Sequence record: NC_027399.1
Length of the DNA stretch: 64,000 nucleotides
Direction: 5' to 3' (one strand)
Shown: positions 9,930 through 19,840 of the stretch, in pieces
Layout: the number at the start of each line of letters is the position of its first letter
How positions within the stretch are numbered: position 1 is the first letter of the stretch
The notes under the pieces: model-generated
The model's input: the letters and a program-made list of their open reading frames with translations, nothing else
Told to the model about the DNA's origin: nothing
The model's database searches: none
Program-made: the position numbers and the translations under genes

Positions 9930-10463
9930 ATGCAAAACAAGTACAATTATAATGACCCCGAATTTGCTACACTCGCATATGATATAGCAAAAATGGTAAA
10001 AGACTTAAAGGAATGTGCTATTGGTACTAAGGATATCAGCACTGTAATGAATACCGATGTAAATTTTAAGAAGGAATTACAGGTAACTGATTCGACAAAT
10101 CCATTGGCTGCATTCAAGAATTGTGTGGTAAATTACTATGGTGTAGTACAATGTAACATCGGATATAAATCCCACGAATGTAATATAGTAACTTTTGATG
10201 CATATGGAAATCTCCATGAAATTGATATTTATAAGGGTCAAAAATTAATCATTAAATTCATGGATAGATATCAATGTAGCATATCATATCATTTCGAATT
10301 ACCAAAAATTGATGGTGCATTCATTGATAATTATGATGCTTATATTTTTCAGTTAAGCACTACAAATGAATATTACAGTATCATTGATTTTGTACTTAGA
10401 ATGAAAATGAAATTCCAGAGTAATTTGTACTTAAAAGGAAGTATCCTTGATCTGGTGTTATAA
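9930..10463 (+). CDS. family A protein
   Basis: YDAYIFQLSTTNE. Confidence 0.65.
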   Translation: MQNKYNYNDPEFATLAYDIAKMVKDLKECAIGTKDISTVMNTDVNFKKELQVTDSTNPLAAFKNCVVNYYGVVQCNIGYKSHECNIVTFDAYGNLHEIDIYKGQKLIIKFMDRYQCSISYHFELPKIDGAFIDNYDAYIFQLSTTNEYYSIIDFVLRMKMKFQSNLYLKGSILDLVL

Positions 10464-10468
10464 AATAT

Positions 10469-10648
10469 ATGAAAATTTTAACAAAAGAAGAAGTACAAAA
10501 ACGATTAATTGTGCATGAAGATTATAAAACAATGCAAAGATTTTTTGAGATTCGTTTGTTGAATTTTATTGGTACTGATTATCAGAATAATTGTGTAAAT
10601 TTTTATATAAAAATGCTTCGATCTGAAATTAAACTAAAATTAAAATGA
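10469..10648 (+). CDS. family C protein (59 aa, not in ORF track)
   Basis: Manual: IRLLNFIGTDYQNNCVNFYIKML. Confidence 0.7.
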   Translation: MKILTKEEVQKRLIVHEDYKTMQRFFEIRLLNFIGTDYQNNCVNFYIKMLRSEIKLKLK

Positions 10649-10821
10649 AAAACATTAATAGTATTCAGTACCTTAAATTGTACAAAAAAGCACTGGATGA
10701 TTCCAATACAATGTTGGAGTTTAATGAAAACTTTTTCATATACGTATTGGGAACTAACTATCAAGAAAAGTTAATGCTTCCATATTTGGAAGCTCTCTGC
10801 TATTCAATGAAGAAAAAATGA
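10645..10821 (+). CDS. family C protein (58 aa, not in ORF track)
   Basis: Manual: FFIYVLGTNYQEKLMLPYLEAL. Confidence 0.7.
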   Translation: MKNINSIQYLKLYKKALDDSNTMLEFNENFFIYVLGTNYQEKLMLPYLEALCYSMKKK

Positions 10822-11009
10822 AAATGTTAACTCCAACCGAATATGACAATGTAATAAGTTTAGTATATGTTTCTTTACCACGAAAATGTAATTCTATCAG
10901 AAAATTTGAATTATATTTAAAAGCGGTTCTTGATACCAATTATCAGGCACAAATTGCAAATATATTCATTTCAAAACTTATTCTACATATGCAAGGAAAA
11001 ATTATATAA
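10818..11009 (+). CDS. family C protein
   Basis: YLKAVLDTNYQAQIANIFISKL. Confidence 0.7.
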   Translation: MKMLTPTEYDNVISLVYVSLPRKCNSIRKFELYLKAVLDTNYQAQIANIFISKLILHMQGKII

Positions 11010-11022
11010 TTTATTTGAATCG

Positions 11023-11046
11023 AAAAACCCCTTAATTGGGGTTTTT
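11023..11046 (+). terminator. intrinsic terminator
   Basis: AAAAACCCC-TTAATT-GGGGTTTTT. Confidence 0.75.
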
Positions 11047-11050
11047 GTAA

Positions 11051-11079
11051 TTGACTTTCTCTATAATTTAATGTACAAT
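11051..11079 (+). promoter_or_regulatory. sigma70-type promoter
   Basis: TTGACT-17bp-TACAAT. Confidence 0.7.
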
Positions 11080-11114
11080 GACAATAAATGTTACTAACAT
11101 AGGGGTATTATGTT

Positions 11115-11438
11115 TTGAAAATCATACTAGGCGAAGATAAGTATATCAAATTTTTAATCAATTTATATCAATCATTTAATTCAATGCCAGAAGATACTGA
11201 ATATGATAGGAATATGAAATTGATTTCTATAATTATGTCAGATACCATATGTGAACCACACATTGAGTATTTGAACAAAAAATACAAAAACAAAAGAGTA
11301 ACAGACCGACTTAATCATCCATATTATATTAGATATTTTAAAAGTACCCCACTGGCCCTCTTTGCTTATACATTTACTGTTAATTTTCATATGTTCAGTT
11401 TTAAAGATTTATATTTAACCGAGGAGTATTTCGTGTGA
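11115..11438 (+). CDS. family B protein
   Basis: HIEYLNKKYKNKRV. Confidence 0.7.
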   Translation: MKIILGEDKYIKFLINLYQSFNSMPEDTEYDRNMKLISIIMSDTICEPHIEYLNKKYKNKRVTDRLNHPYYIRYFKSTPLALFAYTFTVNFHMFSFKDLYLTEEYFV

Positions 11439-11728
11439 GTACGTATGAACGAATAGATAAAACAATACTAAAAACTTTACAAATGATTTATCGATTGACT
11501 AATTCAAGACACAAATACACTGAAATGTTCACTTATACATTTATTGAGTATCTTAATTCCAGATACGAATATTGTACTATAAATGATGATACATTCAGGG
11601 TGGTTGAATTTAAGATTGGGTTATTTGGTATTTTGTGTGTGATTAATTGTGAAAGAACCTGTAGAAATGAATACATTTATACCCATGATTTAGGTGATGT
11701 AGATTTTGTTGTAAAAAAAACATCATAG
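11435..11728 (+). CDS. family B protein
   Basis: FIEYLNSRYEYCTI. Confidence 0.7.
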   Translation: MSTYERIDKTILKTLQMIYRLTNSRHKYTEMFTYTFIEYLNSRYEYCTINDDTFRVVEFKIGLFGILCVINCERTCRNEYIYTHDLGDVDFVVKKTS

Positions 11729-11738
11729 AGATGATATA

Positions 11739-12056
11739 ATGAAACTATCAGAAGACAAATATTATTGTACTTTAGATTTAATTGCTGAATTATTTCTTGA
11801 TAATAAAATACGAAAAACATATGCTTCTTATACATTGAGTAAATTGCGAGGCATTCATTATGAAGAATATATTCAGTACTTATCTATGAAATACAAAAAT
11901 TCAGTATGTGATGTTTATTCTCATGGAGAAAGTGTCATTCTTGAATTTTCATATGATCAATTTGGTATTTTAATTTATTGTACTAACAATTCATACGGGT
12001 TTTGTACTAGATTGGATTTTGTGGAAATATCTTCTTATGAAAAAACTGAAAAATAG
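11739..12056 (+). CDS. family B protein
   Basis: YIQYLSMKYKNSVC. Confidence 0.7.
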   Translation: MKLSEDKYYCTLDLIAELFLDNKIRKTYASYTLSKLRGIHYEEYIQYLSMKYKNSVCDVYSHGESVILEFSYDQFGILIYCTNNSYGFCTRLDFVEISSYEKTEK

Positions 12057-12363
12057 TATAGTACACAAAACAATAAAAATGATTAATACTTCTATCATTT
12101 ATACAGATTTTGTATATTGCTCACAAACATATAAAAATTTATTTGATTTACTAATGGAACCGTATATTGAATATTTGAGAGAAAAATATATCAACAAACA
12201 AGGTTCAAGTTCTTACGGTGTTTCTATGAATTATTTTATAAACATAGTTGAAATAAATTCAGATCACGACTGGTTAGTTATTATTAAAGGACAAAATAGC
12301 ACTTTATGTTCTCAAAATTATGTATATTTCTCAATTGATGATTTTATTATAAAAGATGAATAA
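12037..12363 (+). CDS. family B protein
   Basis: YIEYLREKYINK. Confidence 0.7.
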   Translation: MKKLKNSIVHKTIKMINTSIIYTDFVYCSQTYKNLFDLLMEPYIEYLREKYINKQGSSSYGVSMNYFINIVEINSDHDWLVIIKGQNSTLCSQNYVYFSIDDFIIKDE

Positions 12364-12652
12364 AGAAAAAACACAAAGAACGATAGATTATATAGAAGAA
12401 TTACTTTTTGATGATTTGTATATGGGTAATATTATTCCACACAATGGTTCGTTTTTACATGATATAACATATGAAATATTAAAACCATTTATGGATTATC
12501 TTTATGTAAAATATACAGGAAAATTATGTTTAATTAATTCACTTAATACCTGTTCTTATATTACTTCAGTTGAAATAAGAGTTGTTGTTGGTATTGTATT
12601 CCTCACCAATTCAGAAAATAGTTACAAAATGAAGGATATAACAATAATATGA
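12356..12652 (+). CDS. family B protein
   Basis: FMDYLYVKYTGKLCL. Confidence 0.7.
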   Translation: MNKEKTQRTIDYIEELLFDDLYMGNIIPHNGSFLHDITYEILKPFMDYLYVKYTGKLCLINSLNTCSYITSVEIRVVVGIVFLTNSENSYKMKDITII

Positions 12653-12858
12653 AAAAGATATCAGATTTGGTATATTATGAAATTTTTTATAAGTACTTTG
12701 ACCGATTTACTAATACTATTCTGGATAAACCGTACAGAAAATATGAAATTGAATTATTGGCGTTCATCGGCACCGATCAACAACAACAGTGTCAGGATGA
12801 TTATATACTAGCGTTGATTCGATACATGAGATTTTACCAAAATGATGAAGAATATTAA
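12649..12858 (+). CDS. family C protein
   Basis: IELLAFIGTDQQQQCQDDYILAL. Confidence 0.7.
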   Translation: MKKISDLVYYEIFYKYFDRFTNTILDKPYRKYEIELLAFIGTDQQQQCQDDYILALIRYMRFYQNDEEY

Positions 12859-13036
12859 TATATTCGAAGCAGAAAAACTTCTAAACAAATATGAAAATGA
12901 ATACAAATACAACCAATGTGATAAATTAAGAAAATCCGAAATTCATTTTTTTGCGTTACTTGGTACTAATTTTCAGGATAACGTTTATAATTTTTATTTC
13001 GGTAATTTACTTAACAAAGCGAGGAATATAAATTAA
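12842..13036 (+). CDS. family C protein
   Basis: IHFFALLGTNFQDNVYNFYFGNL. Confidence 0.7.
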   Translation: MMKNINIFEAEKLLNKYENEYKYNQCDKLRKSEIHFFALLGTNFQDNVYNFYFGNLLNKARNIN

Positions 13037-13037
13037 T

Positions 13038-13220
13038 ATGAAACAGATTACTTTATTGGATTTATCTACCAGAAGAATAGTTGCAAGAAGATCAATGACC
13101 GAATATAATGAAATTAGATATCATGAATTAAATTTGTTTGCATCACTTGGTACTAATTTTCAGGAAAATCACAATCAGATTTATATTACTGCTTTAAAAG
13201 ATTCATTAAAGGTAAAATAA
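13038..13220 (+). CDS. family C protein
   Basis: LNLFASLGTNFQENHNQIYITAL. Confidence 0.7.
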   Translation: MKQITLLDLSTRRIVARRSMTEYNEIRYHELNLFASLGTNFQENHNQIYITALKDSLKVK

Positions 13221-13240
13221 AAATAATTTTTAATTTAAAC

Positions 13241-13268
13241 TTGACATTTGTTAATTTTGTGATATAGT
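13241..13268 (+). promoter_or_regulatory. sigma70-type promoter heading the main family A array
   Basis: TTGACA-16bp-TATAGT with TG extension. Confidence 0.65.
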
Positions 13269-13346
13269 ATTAAAATGAAATTCAAGTACTGGATTTTGTA
13301 CTGAAAATATTTTGTCAAATTAAATCGACTCATTGGGGTTAATAAA

Positions 13347-13556
13347 ATGAAATACACCGTTATTGGTATTTTGGGTTCAGATATTTGTAGTACTAACACC
13401 TCGCTGGAAGCAGTACAGGTTGTATTGAAACAGATCCCTTTGAGTGAAAAAAATGCGAAAAAGTTTGAAAATCGATTACAAAATGCAAAAGAAGGCTCCA
13501 CGATTTATATTGAATATGGTGGAGCTTCATGTGCTGTTAAAGTTCACAAGAATTAA
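13347..13556 (+). CDS. hypothetical protein
   Basis: 69-aa ORF, GGGG SD. Confidence 0.7.
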   Translation: MKYTVIGILGSDICSTNTSLEAVQVVLKQIPLSEKNAKKFENRLQNAKEGSTIYIEYGGASCAVKVHKN

Positions 13557-13564
13557 GGGTTACT

Positions 13565-13837
13565 ATGAAATTAATTAAAAATATTTTATTCTTTTTTATT
13601 TTTAGTATATGTATTACAAATAATGTATATGCCATACAAATGAATTGTGTCAATGTACAGGACAATAAATTTTGCACAAGTACAGATGAAAATGGTAATA
13701 CAGTACGTACCAACATTTATCGTTTTGGCAATATAGAAACCATCGAATCATCCGGTACTGATTCCAATGGAAACACTTTTGTTAACAAGTGTACTGTAAT
13801 TAAAATGGATAATTATAGTACTATTAATTGTAATTAA
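13565..13837 (+). CDS. putative secreted/periplasmic small protein
   Basis: Signal-peptide-like N-terminus; repeated CTSTDENGN / SGTDSNGN motifs with Cys. Confidence 0.65.
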   Translation: MKLIKNILFFFIFSICITNNVYAIQMNCVNVQDNKFCTSTDENGNTVRTNIYRFGNIETIESSGTDSNGNTFVNKCTVIKMDNYSTINCN

Positions 13838-13847
13838 GGTACACTAT

Positions 13848-14243
13848 ATGTCATTTATGAAAGATAAAGAATATGCTGACATAATAATTAAAATTATAAA
13901 ACATTTAAAACAACAAAATTCTGATCTAGGAACTTCAAATTTTAATGAATATGCAAGCTTTGGATATTTGTGTTATAATTATAATGAACCAACATTGACT
14001 TATTTTTATGATAAAAAAGACAAAGATTTCGACAAGTTTTTAACTAAGATGGAAGCACTTTCATTTGATATCAGTACAGAAGAAGGTTATTTCCAGGCGT
14101 CTTTGATGTATCCAGATTCACAAATGCGAGTAATATTTTTATTTTCAGAATTGAAAAAGAATTTTAAAAATGATTCATTTGTTATTCCAATGAAGTTACT
14201 AAATGATAATTTAATATATAAAGGTTATGACTGTTATGTCTGA
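13848..14243 (+). CDS. family A protein
   Basis: DISTEEGYFQASLMY. Confidence 0.8.
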   Translation: MSFMKDKEYADIIIKIIKHLKQQNSDLGTSNFNEYASFGYLCYNYNEPTLTYFYDKKDKDFDKFLTKMEALSFDISTEEGYFQASLMYPDSQMRVIFLFSELKKNFKNDSFVIPMKLLNDNLIYKGYDCYV

Positions 14244-14625
14244 ATTTGAAAAAATTATTAAACGTTGTGAAATGTATTTTTCTTTTATTACCAAAAATAT
14301 AGAAAAAACAGAAAGAGAATATGTTTTAAAATGCGAATACAAAGATAATGGATTTATCTGTTATACACCAGAAAATGATGAATGTTATTTTTATTTTCCA
14401 GATCCAGAATTTGGTTCTTCTGGTATAAAAACAGAAATACCAAATGATGTTCTAACCGAAGAAGGATATTTTCAGTACTCAACTATTTTTGATAATGAAA
14501 AATTATTCAGTATGGTGTTAATGAAATATTTTAAAGATAATTGTGATTTTAGATTTTCTGTAGAGGCTACTGATTGTCTTTTTGATTTCCTACAAAGAAC
14601 AGTGTACAATGAAAATACTAACTGA
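14236..14625 (+). CDS. family A protein
   Basis: DVLTEEGYFQYSTIF. Confidence 0.8.
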   Translation: MSEFEKIIKRCEMYFSFITKNIEKTEREYVLKCEYKDNGFICYTPENDECYFYFPDPEFGSSGIKTEIPNDVLTEEGYFQYSTIFDNEKLFSMVLMKYFKDNCDFRFSVEATDCLFDFLQRTVYNENTN

Positions 14626-14803
14626 TAGTGATTGCTACAGAATATGTTCTGAAGTATCTTTAAACTCAATCAATAAAAATAAAGCACAACGTGCAGAACT
14701 AATATTAGTAAGATTTATGGGTACAAACTTTGAAGGAATTGCTTTGTATAATTATATGAATTGTTTAATGGAATATTGTAATGAGTTACATAACAGAAAG
14801 TAG
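14609..14803 (+). CDS. family C protein
   Basis: LILVRFMGTNFEGIALYNYMNCL. Confidence 0.7.
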   Translation: MKILTDSDCYRICSEVSLNSINKNKAQRAELILVRFMGTNFEGIALYNYMNCLMEYCNELHNRK

Positions 14804-15203
14804 TTACGAAAGAGATATTTTTATGTGTTCAGAAATAATGAGAATTCATGAACGATTTATTGGTCTTGATTCTTCTGCGTGGAGTTTCAGGGAGGATGCA
14901 TATTTAATTTTCAGCCCAGGAACCAAAAATCAAATACAGTACCATCTTTCATCACAAGAACGAAAAGAGTTATTTTTTAATAATTCTGCTTTTCTGAGTT
15001 CAATTGATTTGGATTATCCACTCAAAGAAGACCTTGATTTGTGTACAGAAGAAGGTTATTTTCAGGGTTCATTAATTCTTGACAAAAAATATTTAACAGT
15101 ATATACTATTTTTCAGTTCCTTGATAAAAATTGTAATTCTGCGTTCTCTATTGATATGGTACCTTTTTTGAAGGGGTTTAGACGAAAATATGAAAATAGT
15201 TGA
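14781..15203 (+). CDS. family A protein
   Basis: DLCTEEGYFQGSLIL. Confidence 0.8.
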   Translation: MSYITESSYERDIFMCSEIMRIHERFIGLDSSAWSFREDAYLIFSPGTKNQIQYHLSSQERKELFFNNSAFLSSIDLDYPLKEDLDLCTEEGYFQGSLILDKKYLTVYTIFQFLDKNCNSAFSIDMVPFLKGFRRKYENS

Positions 15204-15585
15204 TTATGATTACCAAAGGGATCTAGCTATATCTAATATCATTTTGGAACTCTGTGAAGATGATCCTTATTATACTGTAGTTCGAGGGTATAGTAATAAT
15301 GAATACAAAAGTGATGGGTTTTTGGTTTATTCCAATGGAACACCCGTAAATGAAATTCTTGTATTTCCAATGTTCAATGAAATACTACAAAAGAACATGG
15401 TACCAAATAAACTTGTTAAATTAGTCCAAACTGATTTGTTGTCAGAAGAATCATATTTTCAACATAGTACTTTATATGATGCGTTTGAATTACATGTTAT
15501 GTTTATTTTTCAGTACTTAATGAAATATAGTACACATTCAGTATCAATGCCAATGAGATCAATCTGGAATGAATATGAAAAATAG
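15190..15585 (+). CDS. family A protein
   Basis: DLLSEESYFQHSTLYD. Confidence 0.8.
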   Translation: MKIVDYDYQRDLAISNIILELCEDDPYYTVVRGYSNNEYKSDGFLVYSNGTPVNEILVFPMFNEILQKNMVPNKLVKLVQTDLLSEESYFQHSTLYDAFELHVMFIFQYLMKYSTHSVSMPMRSIWNEYEK

Positions 15586-16108
15586 TTATATCTATGACGA
15601 AAAAGAAAACAAAGATGAACTAATTCAACACATGACTATACAAGAATGTTTTGAATACGCTGATAAAGTAATTGATTTATATAATATCTTACATAATAAA
15701 CCAAAAATCAAAATACTCAATTTAGCTGAACTAGAGTCGGATAAATCAAGAAAACACAAATCTTTTGAATATACAAGTAATGATGATTTGGTTTATTCAG
15801 AAGATAATCATTATTTTGTTGGTACTTCATTTATTGAGATTTATACTGGAATACGATATATTCCAGAGAGTGTTCATAAAATATTAGGTATAACATCAGG
15901 TGGTGGAACATCAAACCTTATTGATATCGGTGATGTTATCATTGAGAACACTGAAGAGGATATTTTCCAGTACAGCACAGTTTACAATGATCACGAATTG
16001 AAGCATTTGATTATTTTAAGTGCAATTAAAAAGAATAAGTGTAGAGAGTTCTTTATGGATTTGAATTATTTGGAATTTTTATTAGATTATCATTATAACT
16101 TAAATTAA
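15569..16108 (+). CDS. family A protein
   Basis: ENTEEDIFQYSTVYNDHEL...FFMDL. Confidence 0.8.
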   Translation: MNMKNSYIYDEKENKDELIQHMTIQECFEYADKVIDLYNILHNKPKIKILNLAELESDKSRKHKSFEYTSNDDLVYSEDNHYFVGTSFIEIYTGIRYIPESVHKILGITSGGGTSNLIDIGDVIIENTEEDIFQYSTVYNDHELKHLIILSAIKKNKCREFFMDLNYLEFLLDYHYNLN

Positions 16109-16117
16109 AAAAACATC

Positions 16118-16639
16118 ATGAAATCAATTTATACTGAAAGTATTAAAATCATTAATGACATTGATGATTTCTTTAAATATGTAAATTCAAATTCTTATTA
16201 TGCACTTCATAATTTGAATATACTAATTTTTGATCATCCAGGTTCTGTTATTTCTGCATTTGAACCTAAAAATTTTTATCAAATCTGTTTAATTAGAGAT
16301 AATGTCCAGGAATCAATTTTTAAGGTATCATTGAATACAAGATATGAATACTGGAACGAATCAAAAATGTTCTATTTCGACGCGAGCAGAAATGAATTTT
16401 CAATATGTGAAAAAACAAAAATACAAAACACTGTTGATATTTTGGAATATGATAACAATATAGAAGAGTTAGCATTCCAGTACAGTACTGAAGTACAACT
16501 GGAATTTGTTCCTGTTTGTGTATTGGCTTCATACTTAAAGAAAAATCACGACCCGAAATATCCATTATTTAAACTGATACTCAATGATGTTGATTTTTTA
16601 TTAAAACGATTCAAGGAAATAGAAGATTATGATTGGTAA
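16118..16639 (+). CDS. family A protein
   Basis: NIEELAFQYSTE. Confidence 0.8.
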   Translation: MKSIYTESIKIINDIDDFFKYVNSNSYYALHNLNILIFDHPGSVISAFEPKNFYQICLIRDNVQESIFKVSLNTRYEYWNESKMFYFDASRNEFSICEKTKIQNTVDILEYDNNIEELAFQYSTEVQLEFVPVCVLASYLKKNHDPKYPLFKLILNDVDFLLKRFKEIEDYDW

Positions 16640-17120
16640 TTTAGTTGATTTTGCTTCAGTATCAAAATTCTCAGAAAATTTAATTAGAATTCATAAAGCA
16701 TTTACTGATGGTTTCTTTTTGAAAGTACCGAACTTTTGTACTAAACTGGAAGAAGTACAAGGTGAGTATGAATATTCGGTTATTCAACCAATAAAATGTT
16801 CACAAATGTATACCAGTTTAACTGAAGAATATATTATTGATATTAATGATATATATTTTATATCTTTCAATCCTGATTCAGTACTTGAGATATACATTAA
16901 TGCCGTTAGATCAAAAGTACTTAGTACAAAAGATGTAAATTCATTTGATATATCAGAAGAGGGTTACTTCCAGGGAAGCACGATTTATGAACCAGCAATG
17001 TTAAATTCTATTTTCATTGCATCTGTTCTAAATCGAAGTGATTGTGATAAATTTTATTTTGATTTAGATTATTATGATCTTTGTGTTGAGTATATGGAAA
17101 AATATAATTATGTTCAATGA
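16629..17120 (+). CDS. family A protein
   Basis: DISEEGYFQGSTIY...FYFDL. Confidence 0.8.
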   Translation: MIGNLVDFASVSKFSENLIRIHKAFTDGFFLKVPNFCTKLEEVQGEYEYSVIQPIKCSQMYTSLTEEYIIDINDIYFISFNPDSVLEIYINAVRSKVLSTKDVNSFDISEEGYFQGSTIYEPAMLNSIFIASVLNRSDCDKFYFDLDYYDLCVEYMEKYNYVQ

Positions 17121-17601
17121 ACGTATCAGAACTGCACAAGAAATTATTCAAATTATAGTAGCAATAGAATCTACTGATAAAAAGTATGATGATTTCAAAA
17201 GTAATTTTACAGAAAAATATGTTCAGGACTCGGATTTTATTCAGTACTATATTAAAGGTGAAGAAAATGTATTCTATGCAAATGAAACATATATTTGTGA
17301 TTATGACAATTCTTCTAGATTTAATTACATCTGTTTTATTCCAAAATCAAATATTATAGTATTTCGCCTTTGTGATGAATTCGAAACAATATATGAGTAT
17401 GAACTTTTTAAAGATTTTTCAGAAGAACAGGCATTTCAGTACAGTACATTGTACAATTATGATATAATTGAAATGATGATTATGTTCTGGTATTTTAACC
17501 AGATCTACAATGGCTCTTTTTATATTAATATGAATTTATTTGAAAAAGCCAAAAAAATATATGAGAGATATCATGACTTCGAATACAAATCCATTAATTG
17601 A
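17110..17601 (+). CDS. family A protein
   Basis: DFSEEQAFQYSTLYN. Confidence 0.8.
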   Translation: MFNERIRTAQEIIQIIVAIESTDKKYDDFKSNFTEKYVQDSDFIQYYIKGEENVFYANETYICDYDNSSRFNYICFIPKSNIIVFRLCDEFETIYEYELFKDFSEEQAFQYSTLYNYDIIEMMIMFWYFNQIYNGSFYINMNLFEKAKKIYERYHDFEYKSIN

Positions 17602-18163
17602 TCACGATAGTCAATTTTTTTACGAAAAAATAACTAATAGTATAGAATTATTAAAAAATATAGTCACTTATTTAAATCAAAATGATATGGAATATGTTGC
17701 TCATAAAACTGGCGATTTGTATTTTTATATTACAAATGAAAACCCTCGTATTATGTCATTCCATACTGGTGAATATTCTTTTATGGATTTTTATACCAGT
17801 ACAGAAAAGAAAGATGGTAGAAATTCAGTAGACATATTCAATAATAAAAAGAAAACGTGTATAGATTTTAATATACTACAAAATACTGATTCTTTTTTTC
17901 TCTCAGATTCCAGAAATGGTGCAGCGAATGTAATTGATGCGTCAAAAATAATCGAATTGCCTATAATTAAAGTTCAAACAGAAGAAGAAAGATTTCAGTA
18001 CAGTACTGTGTATAATGATATTGAATTGCGTAGTATTGAATTGTATTATAAATTTATGAAAGAACAATTGTATTTTTACGTTACATTAGATGGTGTTGAA
18101 GAAATTCAAACTGTACTTCAAACAATACATAATGATTTACCAAAATATATAAGGAAAAAATAA
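17573..18163 (+). CDS. family A protein
   Basis: QTEEERFQYSTVYNDIEL. Confidence 0.8.
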   Translation: MTSNTNPLIDHDSQFFYEKITNSIELLKNIVTYLNQNDMEYVAHKTGDLYFYITNENPRIMSFHTGEYSFMDFYTSTEKKDGRNSVDIFNNKKKTCIDFNILQNTDSFFLSDSRNGAANVIDASKIIELPIIKVQTEEERFQYSTVYNDIELRSIELYYKFMKEQLYFYVTLDGVEEIQTVLQTIHNDLPKYIRKK

Positions 18164-18660
18164 TGAATTGTGAATATAAAAAATCTAAACATATTACAGA
18201 TTCTTTGGTAAAGTTAATCAAATCAATACTGAACGGTGAAGTCGATGAACGACTAAACTATGATGACAGTGATGACATTATTAATGTTACATTAAAATCC
18301 AACAAAAAGAGTTATAGGAATTTATTTTCTACTGGGTGGTATTATAGTGAGTACTTACTTGAAGACAACTCTTCAATGGGATATCCAGAAACCCATTATT
18401 TTGCTTTTGACCCAAATGATAGTTCTCTTGTTGTTACTATTCGACAATGTAATGGTAAAAGAACAAGAGAGAAACTTAGTACAACTGGACTTAATATAGA
18501 TACAGAAGAAGAGTGGTTCCAGTATAGTACTTTATATAATGATAATGAATTATTTTCTATTATGTTATGGTGTGCATTTAAGAAAGAAAACTTCCCATCA
18601 TGTTTAGTCGAATTTTCAGAATTTTTCAAATATTTGGAAGAAACAAATGCTATTATCTGA
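18163..18660 (+). CDS. family A protein
   Basis: DTEEEWFQYSTLYNDNEL. Confidence 0.8.
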   Translation: MNCEYKKSKHITDSLVKLIKSILNGEVDERLNYDDSDDIINVTLKSNKKSYRNLFSTGWYYSEYLLEDNSSMGYPETHYFAFDPNDSSLVVTIRQCNGKRTREKLSTTGLNIDTEEEWFQYSTLYNDNELFSIMLWCAFKKENFPSCLVEFSEFFKYLEETNAII

Positions 18661-19228
18661 TATCAAATCTTTTAGTACTGAACTGGATGTAATTAAAAAT
18701 ATCATTATTAAGATGATTGAAATTCACAGAACTAAAAGACGATATACGTCTTTTAGCGAAGAAGGTTTTGAACTTGAGCGTGGATTGTTTCATATTGATT
18801 TGATGATTAGTGATTATGAATGTATTTTTAGTTTAAGAAACGATTCGTCTCAAATGAAAAATACTGGGATTGATTTATCCATTATTCCACATCATCAAAT
18901 TATACTTGGTGGTTCTGGAAACGTATACATTTCACCCTTCGAATCTGGATTTAGTAGAAGTATAGCTTTACCAAAAAATGAAGGTAGTGAACCTTACATT
19001 TTAATTAACGATGATGCAATTGATGAATGGAAATTCCAGTTAAGTACATTATACGATCCAATAATCGTTGATATAATCAACCTAGAAGAAGAACTAAGAG
19101 AGCACTTAGCCTCTTTGGAGCACAACAATAATGTATATGCACCTTTGTTATTGGTTGTTGATTTAAAATGTTTAGAAAAGAAAAAACACGATTTGAATTC
19201 TATGCTTGAATTTTTAGAGAACATATAA
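18647..19228 (+). CDS. family A protein
   Basis: AIDEWKFQLSTLYD. Confidence 0.8.
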   Translation: MLLSDIKSFSTELDVIKNIIIKMIEIHRTKRRYTSFSEEGFELERGLFHIDLMISDYECIFSLRNDSSQMKNTGIDLSIIPHHQIILGGSGNVYISPFESGFSRSIALPKNEGSEPYILINDDAIDEWKFQLSTLYDPIIVDIINLEEELREHLASLEHNNNVYAPLLLVVDLKCLEKKKHDLNSMLEFLENI

Positions 19229-19231
19229 AAC

Positions 19232-19840
19232 ATGAAATTAGAATATTTCCCAAATTTAGAATACAAACATTGTATTGCTTATTCAATGTTTGTGGAAGAT
19301 TTAATTAACGCATTACATGATCCAGAAATACGAAGAGAATGTGGAATTATAAGAATAGAAAATGATAGATTTTATATCAACACTGGAATTAGAAAAATAG
19401 ATCTGGATATATTAAGTGTAGATACAACCTCTACACCAACATTGATTTCTTCCAGAGTTGGTAATTTCGAATTTTACTGGACTCACTGTTATGAATTCAA
19501 TAAAGATTCTAAACATGATTTTATGATAGATGGTGATTTGTGCGAAAAAATTAAGTACAGTTATGACTATACAGAAGAAATGTTCTTTCAAAACAGCTTA
19601 TTATACAAAAACTGTGATTTGTTTTATATTATATTATTCAATTATTTAAAATGTAATTTAAATCATTCATTCTGTATGGCATCTGCACCCATCCCTGAAG
19701 ATTTTTTTAAATTAATTCCAAATTTACTTTACATTGCTACCGAAAAGGGGTATTATGGTGATCTGTTAGAGTTGATGAAAAACATTCATCCAAATAACAA
19801 CGATAAAAGTTCATATCTATCAGGATTTAGCAATCTATGA
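19232..19840 (+). CDS. family A protein
   Basis: DYTEEMFFQNSLLY. Confidence 0.8.
   Translation: MKLEYFPNLEYKHCIAYSMFVEDLINALHDPEIRRECGIIRIENDRFYINTGIRKIDLDILSVDTTSTPTLISSRVGNFEFYWTHCYEFNKDSKHDFMIDGDLCEKIKYSYDYTEEMFFQNSLLYKNCDLFYIILFNYLKCNLNHSFCMASAPIPEDFFKLIPNLLYIATEKGYYGDLLELMKNIHPNNNDKSSYLSGFSNL

Noticed and set aside
13848-17120. EEGYFQ(G/S/A) resembles the TEV protease site ENLYFQ/G
   Set aside because: Most members deviate at P3 and P1', and no potyvirus-like protease is visible; probably coincidental.
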